The position numbers and the translations under genes were made by a program. Below are positions 33,257-43,175 of a DNA stretch of 64,000 bases, one piece after another. Location: the NCBI GenBank assembly GCA_046351515.1, contig JAXLYJ010000005.1, positions 114,892 to 178,891 on the forward strand, in the 5' to 3' direction. Source of the DNA: Polyangiales bacterium. Lineage in GTDB: Bacteria > Myxococcota_A > Polyangia > Polyangiales > Ga0077539. Position 1 is the stretch's first letter. The number at the start of each line of letters is the position of its first letter. Below the pieces are notes generated by a model. It was given only the letters and a program-made list of their open reading frames with translations, did not search any database and was not told the DNA's origin.

Positions 33257-33667
33257 CTACAGCTCTGCCGCGCGCTCGTCGAACCACGCGAGCACCGCGG
33301 ACAGGTCGCGATGCTTGTCGAACACGGGCCCGAGGTGCGCGAGCTGTCGCGCCCGCTCGTCGCTCTTCTCAGCGGTGAAGAACGCGATTTTCACCGACGA
33401 AATCGCCGCTCGAAGCCGCTCGGCCACCGCGGGCCCGTCGACCGCTCCGCCCAGGTCGACGTCGAGCAGGACCGCGTGCAGGGGAGGATCCGCGCCCATT
33501 CGGCCAACAAACAAGTCGAGGTCGCTGAAGCACTCGACCAAGACCCCTCGCAACCCCGCTTGTTTGCGTACCTGACGAAGCGCGACGACGCTGTCATCGA
33601 GGTACGCCAATCCGCTGCGAATCTGCAGTTCGGAGGGCGTGATGGTCGAGTCGTCGGCAGCGGACAT
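33257..33667 (-). CDS. CheY-like receiver-domain protein (orphan REC-like)
   Basis: 136 aa from MSAADDS. VLLDVDLGG resembles the REC phospho-acceptor region. Weak call; the ORF could extend to 33781. Confidence 0.4.
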   Translation of the reverse strand: MSAADDSTITPSELQIRSGLAYLDDSVVALRQVRKQAGLRGVLVECFSDLDLFVGRMGADPPLHAVLLDVDLGGAVDGPAVAERLRAAISSVKIAFFTAEKSDERARQLAHLGPVFDKHRDLSAVLAWFDERAAEL

Positions 33668-33759
33668 CGGAGTCGGTGAGATTGTTGTCCGAATCGCCTC
33701 GTTGTCGACGCGAAAAAACAGCAGCCGCCTCGATCCCTCGTTTGTGTGATGGCTGACGT

Positions 33760-35301
33760 TTGCGGTATCGGCCATCGCCACGAACCGTGAGCGACAAGAG
33801 CATTGCAGAGCGCGCGAGGCGAGGCGTCGCGGTCATCACCTTCGCAAAAGCCTGGTTTTTGCTGACTGGATTCGCGCAGCCCGTCTTGCTCACGCGGGCG
33901 CTCGGCCGCGAGAACTACGGCGTATACGGAGCGGTTTTGTCCGCGGTCTCGATCCTCAACAACGTGGTGGTAGCGGGGTCGATCCAGGCGATGTCCAAGA
34001 GCGTGACGAGCTACGGGACGGCGTCGATCCGTCGCGGGCTCGCGCTGCACGCGCTGCTCGGGCTGGTGCTCGCGGGGGGATTCGCGGCGCTCGCCGGCCC
34101 GATCGGCGCCGATCTTCTGCGCGATCCAGGGCTGCCCCCGCTGCTGCGCATCGCCTCGATCGTGACGGGGATGTACTGCGTGTACGCCGCGCTCGTCGGC
34201 TCGCTGAACGGAACGCAGCGCTTCGTCGCCCAAGCCTCGCTCGACGTCTTGTTCGCCACGCTGCGCACGGGGCTCATCGTCGGCCTCGCGTTCGTGGGAA
34301 TGGGCGTCCGCGGGGCGCTCATGGGCTTCGCTGCCGCGAGCGTCGCGATCACCCTCGTGGCGAGCGCGGTCGTCCTTCGGTCACCCAAGAGCGAGAGCGA
34401 GCGCGACGCTCCGTTGGGGCTCGCGTTTGCCAGAGAATATGCAGGTTTTTTCGCGCCCGTCCTGGTCTATCAGCTCGCGCTCAACATGGTCCTTCAGGCG
34501 GACGTGCTCGTGATGCAAGCGGTGCTCGCGCGACAAGCGGGCGCGACGCTCGAGGCGGTCAAGGGCCTGGTGGGCGTGTACAAGAGCGTGCAGAACTTCG
34601 CGTTCTTGCCGTACCAGCTGTTGATCGCAGTGACGTTCGTGCTGTTTCCCGTCGTGTCCAAGGCCGCTGCGGAGGGCGACGTCGAGACCACTCGCTCGAT
34701 GCTGCGCGGGGCGCTGCGGTTCGCGTTCGTCGTGCTCGGCATGATGCTCTCGGTGATCGCCGGCGCGCCGCACGCGGTCTTGCGCATCGCCTATCGCCCC
34801 GAGTTCGCGGTCGGGGCGGGCGCGCTGCGGTGGCTCTCGCTCGGGCAGGGCTCGTTTACGTTGGCGGTGATCGGTCTCACCGTGGTGCTCGCGTCCAAGC
34901 GCGTCGCTGCGGCGACGATGCTCATGCTCGCGATGCTCGCCTTCGTCTTCGTCGGCGATGTGATCGCGCTCTCGGTCGTGGGCTTCGGCGAGCGAGCGCT
35001 CAGCGCGGCGGCGATCGGCACCGCGCTCGGCTCGACCGCGGGCATGCTCGGCGTCGCGATCTTTGTCCTGCGCATCTACGGCGCGATCGTCCCGTGGAAG
35101 ACCGCGATGCGCGCATCGATCGCCGCGTCCGTCGCGGGCCTCGTGGGCGCGCTAGCGCCGGTGCACTCGAAGGTGGCCGCGCTCGGAGTGTCCGTGGTGA
35201 TCGCGACGGTCTTCGCGCTCGTGTTGCTCGCCAGCGGCGAGGTCAGCGCTGAAGAGCGCGCGAAGCTGCTCGCGCGCGTGCGGCGCCCTCGCGCTCAGTG
35301 A
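33760..35301 (+). CDS. polysaccharide biosynthesis/oligosaccharide flippase (MOP superfamily, Wzx-like)
   Basis: About 12-14 predicted TM helices across 513 aa, typical of Wzx/MurJ-like exporters. Alternative GTG start 33787. Confidence 0.7.
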   Translation: MRYRPSPRTVSDKSIAERARRGVAVITFAKAWFLLTGFAQPVLLTRALGRENYGVYGAVLSAVSILNNVVVAGSIQAMSKSVTSYGTASIRRGLALHALLGLVLAGGFAALAGPIGADLLRDPGLPPLLRIASIVTGMYCVYAALVGSLNGTQRFVAQASLDVLFATLRTGLIVGLAFVGMGVRGALMGFAAASVAITLVASAVVLRSPKSESERDAPLGLAFAREYAGFFAPVLVYQLALNMVLQADVLVMQAVLARQAGATLEAVKGLVGVYKSVQNFAFLPYQLLIAVTFVLFPVVSKAAAEGDVETTRSMLRGALRFAFVVLGMMLSVIAGAPHAVLRIAYRPEFAVGAGALRWLSLGQGSFTLAVIGLTVVLASKRVAAATMLMLAMLAFVFVGDVIALSVVGFGERALSAAAIGTALGSTAGMLGVAIFVLRIYGAIVPWKTAMRASIAASVAGLVGALAPVHSKVAALGVSVVIATVFALVLLASGEVSAEERAKLLARVRRPRAQ

Positions 35302-38300
35302 TGGCAGCGGCCCACGTATCCGCAGCGAACGCGCTCGCACAACGACCGCGGGCGTCCTGGCCACTCGCCGCTCTCTCTCGCCGACGCGAAGTTCGCTGCG
35401 CTCTCGGCGAGCTGCGCCCTCGCGCGCTCGGGCTCGCTCGCATCGAGCCAGAGCACCGTCGATCGCTCGGGGTCCACGAGCCACACCGCGCCGCGCACGT
35501 CCGCGCCTTCGCCGAGGCGCGTGGCGAGCGCGAGCCGCGCGGACTCGAGCTCTTCGCGCCACCACGCGGCGTCGTTGGCGCTGCCGTCGAGCGCGACGCG
35601 GACGAGCGCGATCGCTCCTTCGGCGCCGCCGATCGCCTCGGCGCGCGCGACGATGTCCACCGAGCACTCGAGCGCGACGGTCTGCGTTTCTCCCTGCAGT
35701 TCGAGTGCTGAAGCGAGCCCTGTCGCGTTGAGCGCCGCCTCTTGAGAGAGCGCGCGGCCCACGCTCATGGCCAGCGCGGCGCGCGCGATCTTCGCCGCGT
35801 GCTCGCGAACGAGCGCGTCGTCTTCGCTCTCTGCTGCGAGCGCCGAGTGAACCGAGGCGCCCTCCTCGCCAGCGACGCACGGCAGCGTCGCTCGCAGCAG
35901 CGCGCGAACGAGGTCTTCGACCCGCTGCCTCGGCGGAGCTCCAGTGGTCCTCTGCTCGGGCACGCCGAACTCGTACCGCAGCGAACACCGCCGCGGGCAT
36001 CGCGCGAACTCCGTGAGCGCCTCGGCGTGCAATTGCAGCCGCGCCGCGCGCTTGCGAGCCGGCTGCGTCGGCGGCGCCTCGGTCGTCGATACGCTCGCCG
36101 TCGCGAGGGCTGGCGTCGGCGCGCTCGACGCGGCGCGAACGCCGATGCTCGGACCGTCGAGGCCTGGTTTGATCACGCGAACGCTCGCGGGCGCGAGGCG
36201 CATGAGCGCGGTCGAGAGCGTGCGCCACTCGCCGTCGCCTTCGTGGGCCGGCCCCGAGACCACGGCGAGGTCTCTCGCCCGCGTGAGCGCGACATAGAGC
36301 AAGCGGCGCTGGTCGTCTTCTTCTGAAGCGTGCGCGTCCCGACGCAGCTCTTGAAACGCGGGCGGCGCGTCGTAGTCCGCGGGCAGCGCGACCACGCGCT
36401 TTCGAGCGTCGATGAGCACGCGTTCGGCGTGGATCTTTCTGCGGCGGGAGGTCTGTGCCACGAAGACCACGGGCCACTCGAGGCCCTTGGCCGCGTGGAT
36501 CGAGAGCAGCTGCACCGCGCCCGAGCTCACGTCGGCGACGTCGACCTCGGTCTCGTGTTCGGACGCGGCGCGCATGCGATCGACGTAGCGAACGAAGCCC
36601 GCGACCGAGCCGTCTTCGCCGCCGCGCCGCGCGGCTTCTTGCGCGAGGCCGACGAGCTTGTCGACGTTGGCCGCGCGCTGCGCGCCGAACGGAAGCGCCG
36701 CGAGGACCGCGGCGTAGTTGCGCTCGGCGAGGGCGATGCGAAGGACCTCGTCGGGCGGCAGCGAGCCGCCTGCGCGCACGAGGCGCTTGAGCGACGGGCG
36801 CGCTTCATCGAGCCGCGCGCGGTCGTCTTCTTCGAGCGCCTCGCGCACGGATGCTGGGGGATCGAGCGCGTCGTCGAGCGTCGCGTGTCGACCGAGCACG
36901 TGCGCGAGGGCGGCGTCCGAGAGGGCCACCAGCGGACCGCGCAACACCGAGGCGAGCGCGAGGCGATCCGCGGGATCGGCGACGAGGCGCAAGAGCGCGA
37001 CGAGGTCGTCGACCTCGCGACGCTCCCAAAATCCCGGTCCTCCGAGCTGCGCGTAAGGAATCCCCTCTCGCTGCAGCGCCTTCTTCACCGGCTCGGTGTG
37101 CGACCACGTCGGGACCAGCACCGCGATCTCATCGAGCCGCGGCGCGCGCCAGCCCGCCGCGTGCCGCGCGAACGGATCGACGAGCTTCTTGATCCGTCGC
37201 GCGATCGCCTGCGCTTCGAGCTCGCGGATCTCGTCGGCGCTGTCTCCCGAGACGAGCACGAGCTCGACGCGCGCTTCTCCGTCGCCGCCGGCTTCAGCGA
37301 CGAGCGCGTCGCGCTTGGGGTCGTAGATGCGCTCTCCGTGCGCGGTCAGGCCCATCCCGAGCAGCGCCTCGGCGACGGGGTTGATCGCGTCGAGCACCGC
37401 GTCGACCGATCGATGACTCTCGACGAGCTCGCGCGAGACCCCGCCTGCGTGGACGATGTCGCGCTCGGTCTCGAGAAACACTCCGACGTCGGCGCTTCGA
37501 AAGGCATAGATCGACTGTTTGGCGTCGCCGACCAACAGCAGGCCCGAAGGCTCGAGCTCGCTCGCGTCTGGGACGCGCGGCTTGTGCTCAGCGTCCTTGC
37601 GCTCGCGCAGGAGATAGAGCAGGTCGCGCTGCAGTCGGTTGGTGTCCTGAAATTCGTCGACCAGGACCGCGTCGAAGCGGCGCTTCCACGCGCGGCGAAG
37701 GCGGGCGTCGTCGCGCATTCCGTCGCGCAGCCGGCGGAGAAGATCGGCGAAGTCGAGCACGTGTCGCCGGCGTTTTGCAGCGCGAAACCGCGCGCGCGCG
37801 TCGACGAGCACGCGGCGGGCGGCGCGGGCGAGCCACGCGGAGTGCACCGCGAGCGCGGCGTCGTGCAGCGACTCGACGGTGTCCCTCGCGGCGCGGGCCT
37901 CGGCTTCGATCGAGCGCGTGCGGTTCTTCGAGGGCAGCGGCGTGGCGCGCAGCAGCGCGACGCACGCGCGGGCGCGGCGAGGATCGTCGACGACGCCGAG
38001 CGACGAGAGCGCGCGAGAGAGCTTGAGCAATCGCGCGGGCCACAACTCGCTGGCGAGGGCTGCGCTCGTCTCGCACGCGCGCGCGAAGCGCTCGATCGCG
38101 TCCGCGGCGATGAAGGGCTGCGGAGGGGTCGCTTCGAGCACCGAGCCGTCGCTCACCTCGTCGTCGCTCACGCCCGCTTCGTCGAGCGAGTGGACCATCG
38201 AGACGAAGCGCACGACGACGCCGCGATCACCTTCGGGGTCCAAGCCGCCCGCGGCGGCCATGAGGTCCGCGACCGCGTCGAGCTCGCCGCGCGCCGCGTT

Positions 38301-38882
38301 CGAGAGCGCCTCGGTGATCGCTTCGCGCAAGAGGCGGTCCGCTTCTTCGGGCTCGGTCACGCGAAAGGTCGGGTCGATCCCGAGGTCGAGCGCGGCGGCG
38401 CGCAGGACGCCGGCGGCGAAGCCGTGAAACGTTCCGATCCGAGCGTTGCCGAGGGCGAAGCCGACGCGCTGCCACGTGGCGCGGTCGGGCAGCGCGCGAC
38501 CTTGCCGCGCCGCGCTCTCACCGAGCGCCATCAATCGCGCTTGCGCCGCGCGATCGAGCCCACGCGAGGCGGCCCACTGCTTCGCCGCGCGCTCACGGGC
38601 GCGAGCGTCGGCGCTGTCGATCCCCGCGGGAGGGTTCTCGTACGAGAGCACTCGAACGGCCTCCGAAATACGCTCGCGCATCTCGACCGCGGCCTTCTCG
38701 GTGAACGTCAGCGCGACGACACGGTCTCCGAGAACGCCTTGCTTCGACCACACCTCGGGGTCGCACAGCCCGCCCACCAGGTGCAGGTAGAGCGTCGCGA
38801 GGGCCTCTGTCTTCCCTGTGCCGGCGCCGGCGCGCAGGAGGGTGTTCTTCGAGAACGCAAAGAGCTCTGCGCGGTCAGTCAT
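35295..38882 (-). CDS. UvrD/Rep-family helicase-nuclease, AddA/RexA-like
   Basis: Walker A GAGTGKT near the N-terminus. UvrD-like helicase motifs. 1195 aa with C-terminal PD-(D/E)XK-like region. Confidence 0.8.
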   Translation of the reverse strand: MTDRAELFAFSKNTLLRAGAGTGKTEALATLYLHLVGGLCDPEVWSKQGVLGDRVVALTFTEKAAVEMRERISEAVRVLSYENPPAGIDSADARARERAAKQWAASRGLDRAAQARLMALGESAARQGRALPDRATWQRVGFALGNARIGTFHGFAAGVLRAAALDLGIDPTFRVTEPEEADRLLREAITEALSNAARGELDAVADLMAAAGGLDPEGDRGVVVRFVSMVHSLDEAGVSDDEVSDGSVLEATPPQPFIAADAIERFARACETSAALASELWPARLLKLSRALSSLGVVDDPRRARACVALLRATPLPSKNRTRSIEAEARAARDTVESLHDAALAVHSAWLARAARRVLVDARARFRAAKRRRHVLDFADLLRRLRDGMRDDARLRRAWKRRFDAVLVDEFQDTNRLQRDLLYLLRERKDAEHKPRVPDASELEPSGLLLVGDAKQSIYAFRSADVGVFLETERDIVHAGGVSRELVESHRSVDAVLDAINPVAEALLGMGLTAHGERIYDPKRDALVAEAGGDGEARVELVLVSGDSADEIRELEAQAIARRIKKLVDPFARHAAGWRAPRLDEIAVLVPTWSHTEPVKKALQREGIPYAQLGGPGFWERREVDDLVALLRLVADPADRLALASVLRGPLVALSDAALAHVLGRHATLDDALDPPASVREALEEDDRARLDEARPSLKRLVRAGGSLPPDEVLRIALAERNYAAVLAALPFGAQRAANVDKLVGLAQEAARRGGEDGSVAGFVRYVDRMRAASEHETEVDVADVSSGAVQLLSIHAAKGLEWPVVFVAQTSRRRKIHAERVLIDARKRVVALPADYDAPPAFQELRRDAHASEEDDQRRLLYVALTRARDLAVVSGPAHEGDGEWRTLSTALMRLAPASVRVIKPGLDGPSIGVRAASSAPTPALATASVSTTEAPPTQPARKRAARLQLHAEALTEFARCPRRCSLRYEFGVPEQRTTGAPPRQRVEDLVRALLRATLPCVAGEEGASVHSALAAESEDDALVREHAAKIARAALAMSVGRALSQEAALNATGLASALELQGETQTVALECSVDIVARAEAIGGAEGAIALVRVALDGSANDAAWWREELESARLALATRLGEGADVRGAVWLVDPERSTVLWLDASEPERARAQLAESAANFASARESGEWPGRPRSLCERVRCGYVGRCHH

Positions 38883-39027
38883 CGGCGGGCTTCACACTGT
38901 GAATCCTCCGCGCAAATCGCGCCACAAGGAAGTGACAGGAAATGTCACTGTGACGCGCTGCCCGCCCTCGCTCTTCGCGCTCATCGCGCACAAGCGCGCT
39001 CATCGCGCACGAGCGCGCGCTTGCCGC

Positions 39028-42000
39028 TCAACCGCGCTCGTCTCGGCCGCGCTCGATTCGGCAGAGCGACTGCGCGTTGCAGAACTCGCAGTCGCGCGGG
39101 CGCGGCGCGAACACGCCCTGTCGCACCGGCAACACCGCTTTGCGAACGGCCTCTCCGAGCGCGCCCTTTCCCTGAGAGCCTTCGCGCACGAGCGCGTCCA
39201 CGTCGACGATCGGCGCCTCTCCGCCGCCGCGTCGCGGCTTGGCGAGCGAGTCGCGCAGCCCGTGCTCGGTCTGGTCGCGAAAGCCGATGTACACGCCGTC
39301 CACGTCCACGCCCGTCGCGTCCACGCGGCCGTCCCGCACCGCGCGGTACAGCGCTGATGCGTAGACCACGAGTTGAAATTGTGTGTCGAGCGCGCCCTCG
39401 CGCAGCCGCTTGCGAAACCCGTCGCCGCGCCCGCTCTTGAACTCCACCGCGCGCACGCATTCGTCGAGCCGCTCGACGCCGTCGATCCTGCCGCGCAGCA
39501 CGATCGGAACGTCTCCGTCCACCTCCACCTCGAGCGCCGGCCACTCGCGCTCGGGTCCGAACGCGATCTCTGTCGCGACCACGGCCCATCGCGTATCCGC
39601 GTCCATGCGGCCTTCGAGAAAGCCCTCGATCGCGCGGCGAATCGCGACGGTGTCCGCGCGCAAGAGATCTGGGTCCGCGTGCGGAAGCTCGCTCGCGAAC
39701 TTCTCCGCTGCTTGATCGAGCGACTGCTCGACGCGCTCCCAGCGAACCGCGCGCGGTCGACCCTGCGTCCCGTGCAGCGCCTTCTGCCCCGCCTCGAGCA
39801 AGGCGTGCAGCAGGTGTCCGCGCTCTTTCGCGTCGAGCGCGAGCGAGGGCAGGTCCTCGGGCTCGAGCTTGAGCACCTGCTGCGCAAACGCCTTGAACGC
39901 GCAGCGCGCCGTGCGCTCGAGCGAGGTCACGTCGAGCGGCCAGCTCGTCGTGGCGTACCGCGCGAGCTCGAGCGCCTGCAGCGCGCGCGCGTCGTGATCG
40001 ATTCGCCCTGAAAATCTCCCGGGCTCTGCGCGCAGCCCCGCGAAGAACTCCGTTCGTTCGCGCTCGATCTCGGCGCGGCCGATCGCCGATCGAACGCGGT
40101 CGATCAGCGAGCGCGTCGCGCGGTCGTTGCGCGCCGCGGCCTCGGCGACGAGCGCCCGCGAAGGCCACCCCGCCCACGCGCGGGTGAGCCGCTCGGCGCC
40201 GCGCGCCGCGAGCTGCGCCGAGCGCGCGAGCGGGTCGTGCGTGAGCCACAGCGGCGCGCGATCGAGCACGCGACGCACGTCCACCATGAACGGCGAGGGC
40301 GCGAGCGCGCGACCGCTCGCGTCGTGCCGCGCTCCGACGAGGGCGAGGCGCTCGGTCGCGACCGAGCACGCCGCGAGAAACAGCTGCGTCTCGTCTTCTT
40401 TTGCGCCGCGTCGCGCGACGAGCACGCCCGCGCTCTTTTGCACGGCGCGCTTCTCGACGTCTCCGAGCAGCGCGTCGTCCTCGCCGTGCGCAGGAAACCG
40501 CCCGTCCTCGAGCCCCGCCACCACCACCGCTCGAAACGAGAGCCCGGCGACCAGCTCGGCGCACGCCAAGCGCACGCCGCTCGCGCCCGAGTCCGCTGCG
40601 CCTTCGAGCGCGTCGCGCGACGAGTCGATCGCGTCCTCGAGCAGCGCGCTGAACGACTCTGCCGACAACAGCCCCGCGAGCCCCGCCCTGCGCGCGCGCG
40701 GCGCGATCTGCTCGATCGCGCGCTCGATCGCGTCGATCGCTCGCTCTTCGCGGGCCGTCGCGCGCAGCATCGCGCGCTCGATCGAGGCGTCCTCGGCGGG
40801 CAACGTCGCGATCGATCGCGCCGCCTCTGCGTGCCGCACGCCCGCGCGCAGCTCTCGCAAGAACTTCGTCCATCGCCCCGTGTGCTGCTCCACCGTCCCG
40901 TCGTGCCCGAGCGGCGCGACGAGGTCGCGAAGCGCGCTCGCGGCCTGCGCGGTCGCCGGCGAGACGTGCCGGCCGAGGACCTCGAGCTTGGGGTCGAACA
41001 CGGTCTTGGCCCGCACCGCGCGCGCGGCGTGCGCGAGGATCGTCGGCGACTTTCCGAGGATCGCGTTGGGGCCCGCGAGCGCCGCGAGCGCGAAGGTCAC
41101 CCGCTCGACGTCGCCCCCCTCGGCGAGCGCGCGCGCGAGCGAGACGATCGCCGTCGCCGCGCCGCGCCGCTCGAAGCCCTGCGAGCACCGCGCGTCGAGC
41201 CTCGCGCGAACGCCCGCCTCTTCGAGCGCTCGCACGATCGGCTCGACCTCTTCAGCGTCGCCCGAGCGAACGATGATCGCGATCTCGTCAGGATCGACGC
41301 CGTCGTCGACCCATCGCTCGACCTGCGCGACCGCCCACCGCGCGCTCTCGTCGGGCCCGTGCGCCTCGGCGAAGTCCACCGGGGCGCCCTCGACGCGCCC
41401 GCCCGCGGCGATCGCCTGCACGAAATCTCGCAGTCCCGCCGCGGCCAACGCGTCATCGTCGCTGCGCATCGCCAGCTCGAGCTCGACCGCGGACTGCTCG
41501 TCGTCCTCGATCACCTTCAGCGCGCGGTCGAGCGTCGTGCTCCATCGCTCGCGCGACGGCTCGACCAGGACGCGCAGCTGCAGCGAGCCGCCTCGCTTGT
41601 GAAGCGCGCGAGAGAGCGCCGCGATCAGCCGCGCCCTGGACTGATCGAAGCTGAAGCCCGTCACCTCCACCCGCATCGCGCACGGGCCCGGCCCCATCGG
41701 CGCAGGAAGCGCGTCGCCGGCCTCCATTCCGTCGATCGCGCGCGCGAGCACCCACTCGATCGCCGCCCGCGCGACGAGCCCCTCGGCCTCGAGCCGCTCG
41801 TCGACCCACCGCGTCGCTTCGGCCAGCGCGTTGAGCCGCTTGCGCGCGCCCTCTTCGCTCGCGTTGACCTCCGCGAGCGCTCGCTCGAGCGCGTCCCCGT
41901 CGACCGCGTTGCGACGAAGCACGTCGAGCGCGCTCGCGAGCGCCGTCGCGCGCTGATAGCCCTCTCCGCCGCGGACCTTCTGCGCCGCCAGCGCCGCCGA

Positions 42001-42180
42001 GACCCGCTCGATCAACGGGTGCGCCAAGGACAAGTGCGGAAGCAACGCGCGATGCAGCGCGCGCACCATCGCGTCGAACGAGATCGTGGACGGCGCGATC
42101 GCCGCCCCGTCGCTGTGCGCCGCGCGCAACAGCCGCGCGCGACGATGCTCGTCCGTCGCAACGACGTGGACCGAGGTCAT
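39028..42180 (-). CDS. AddB/RexB-like helicase-nuclease subunit with C-terminal PD-(D/E)XK nuclease and Cys cluster
   Basis: About 1050 aa. C-terminal ...CEFCNAQSLC Fe-S-type cysteines, typical of AddB. Located immediately upstream of the AddA-like gene. Start at MTSVHVV (42180) or 42210. Confidence 0.65.
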   Translation of the reverse strand: MTSVHVVATDEHRRARLLRAAHSDGAAIAPSTISFDAMVRALHRALLPHLSLAHPLIERVSAALAAQKVRGGEGYQRATALASALDVLRRNAVDGDALERALAEVNASEEGARKRLNALAEATRWVDERLEAEGLVARAAIEWVLARAIDGMEAGDALPAPMGPGPCAMRVEVTGFSFDQSRARLIAALSRALHKRGGSLQLRVLVEPSRERWSTTLDRALKVIEDDEQSAVELELAMRSDDDALAAAGLRDFVQAIAAGGRVEGAPVDFAEAHGPDESARWAVAQVERWVDDGVDPDEIAIIVRSGDAEEVEPIVRALEEAGVRARLDARCSQGFERRGAATAIVSLARALAEGGDVERVTFALAALAGPNAILGKSPTILAHAARAVRAKTVFDPKLEVLGRHVSPATAQAASALRDLVAPLGHDGTVEQHTGRWTKFLRELRAGVRHAEAARSIATLPAEDASIERAMLRATAREERAIDAIERAIEQIAPRARRAGLAGLLSAESFSALLEDAIDSSRDALEGAADSGASGVRLACAELVAGLSFRAVVVAGLEDGRFPAHGEDDALLGDVEKRAVQKSAGVLVARRGAKEDETQLFLAACSVATERLALVGARHDASGRALAPSPFMVDVRRVLDRAPLWLTHDPLARSAQLAARGAERLTRAWAGWPSRALVAEAAARNDRATRSLIDRVRSAIGRAEIERERTEFFAGLRAEPGRFSGRIDHDARALQALELARYATTSWPLDVTSLERTARCAFKAFAQQVLKLEPEDLPSLALDAKERGHLLHALLEAGQKALHGTQGRPRAVRWERVEQSLDQAAEKFASELPHADPDLLRADTVAIRRAIEGFLEGRMDADTRWAVVATEIAFGPEREWPALEVEVDGDVPIVLRGRIDGVERLDECVRAVEFKSGRGDGFRKRLREGALDTQFQLVVYASALYRAVRDGRVDATGVDVDGVYIGFRDQTEHGLRDSLAKPRRGGGEAPIVDVDALVREGSQGKGALGEAVRKAVLPVRQGVFAPRPRDCEFCNAQSLCRIERGRDERG

Positions 42181-42288
42181 CGAGCGCGGGGCGAGGGGGC
42201 GCGGCGGCACGACTGCATCCTGCGCAGCAACACCCGACCAGGCAAGCTAGCGACGGACATTGACTGTCACTCAGCCAGGCGCAGCCGC

Positions 42289-43122
42289 TCAGCCAAGAAA
42301 CAGGTCCTGCAGCGGCTCGACGCTCGGGTCGTGCGAATACCCGCTGAAATCACGGACGCCCTCCTGCGCGAGCACCTCCTCGTCGATGAAGAAGTTGCCC
42401 GTGCACTCGCGCGAGGGCCGCGTGAGCACCGCGTGCGCCGCGTCCGCCATGATCGCCGGCGTGCGAGAGCGCTTGATCATCTCGTCGCCGCCCAAGAGGT
42501 TCTGCACCGCCGCCGTCGCGATGAGCGTGCGCGGCCAGAGCGCGTTGGCCGCGATCCCCTCCGAGCGAAACTCCTCGGCCCAGCCGAGCACGAGCAAGCT
42601 CATGTTCATCTTCGAAATCGTGTACGCCACGTGAGGGCCGTACCACTTCGGCTCGAGCGTGAGCGGAGGAGACAGCTCGAGCACGTGGGGATTGTCGCTC
42701 TTTCGCAGGTGCTCGACGCACGCCTGCATGCACACAAACGAGCCGCGCACGTTGATCCCGTGCATCAGGTCGTAGCGCTTCATCGACGTCCCCGTGGTGT
42801 TGGTGAGCGAGATCGCCGAGGCGTTGTTCACCAGAACGTCGATCGCGCCGAACACCCGCGCGGCCTCGTCCACCGCCGCCTTCACCTGCGCCTCGTCGCG
42901 CACGTCCACCACGAGCGGCAGCGCCCGTCCGCCAGCGTCCTCGATGTCCTTGGCCGCGGTGTAGATCGTTCCCGGTAGCTTCGCGTTGGGCTCGGCGGTC
43001 TTCGCCGCGATCACGATGTTCGCGCCGTCCTTCGCCGCGCGCATCGCGATCGCGTGGCCGATTCCTCGGCTCGCGCCGGTGATAAACAGCGTTCGTCCCT
43101 TGAGCGTCCTCGATGTCGTCAT
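42289..43122 (-). CDS. SDR family NAD(P)-dependent oxidoreductase
   Basis: TGASRGIG cofactor motif and a catalytic YxxxK region (YTISK). 277 aa. The upstream part of ORF 42289..43965 is a GC artefact. Confidence 0.85.
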   Translation of the reverse strand: MTTSRTLKGRTLFITGASRGIGHAIAMRAAKDGANIVIAAKTAEPNAKLPGTIYTAAKDIEDAGGRALPLVVDVRDEAQVKAAVDEAARVFGAIDVLVNNASAISLTNTTGTSMKRYDLMHGINVRGSFVCMQACVEHLRKSDNPHVLELSPPLTLEPKWYGPHVAYTISKMNMSLLVLGWAEEFRSEGIAANALWPRTLIATAAVQNLLGGDEMIKRSRTPAIMADAAHAVLTRPSRECTGNFFIDEEVLAQEGVRDFSGYSHDPSVEPLQDLFLG

Positions 43123-43175
43123 CGCGGCGAATCGTACCCTCGCCGCGCGCTCGCCGCTGCGGCCAACGCCCGCGC

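Noticed and set aside
35152-36477. 441 aa minus-strand ORF full of RRR/ARG repeats
   Set aside because: Out-of-frame overlap of the AddA-like gene. No recognisable domain.
39000-42978. Several 300-900 aa ORFs on both strands (39000..39887, 38981..41188, 40237..42978, 40127..41602)
   Set aside because: All overlap the AddB-like gene in other frames. Compositions are dominated by Arg/Ala/Ser repeats. No motifs.
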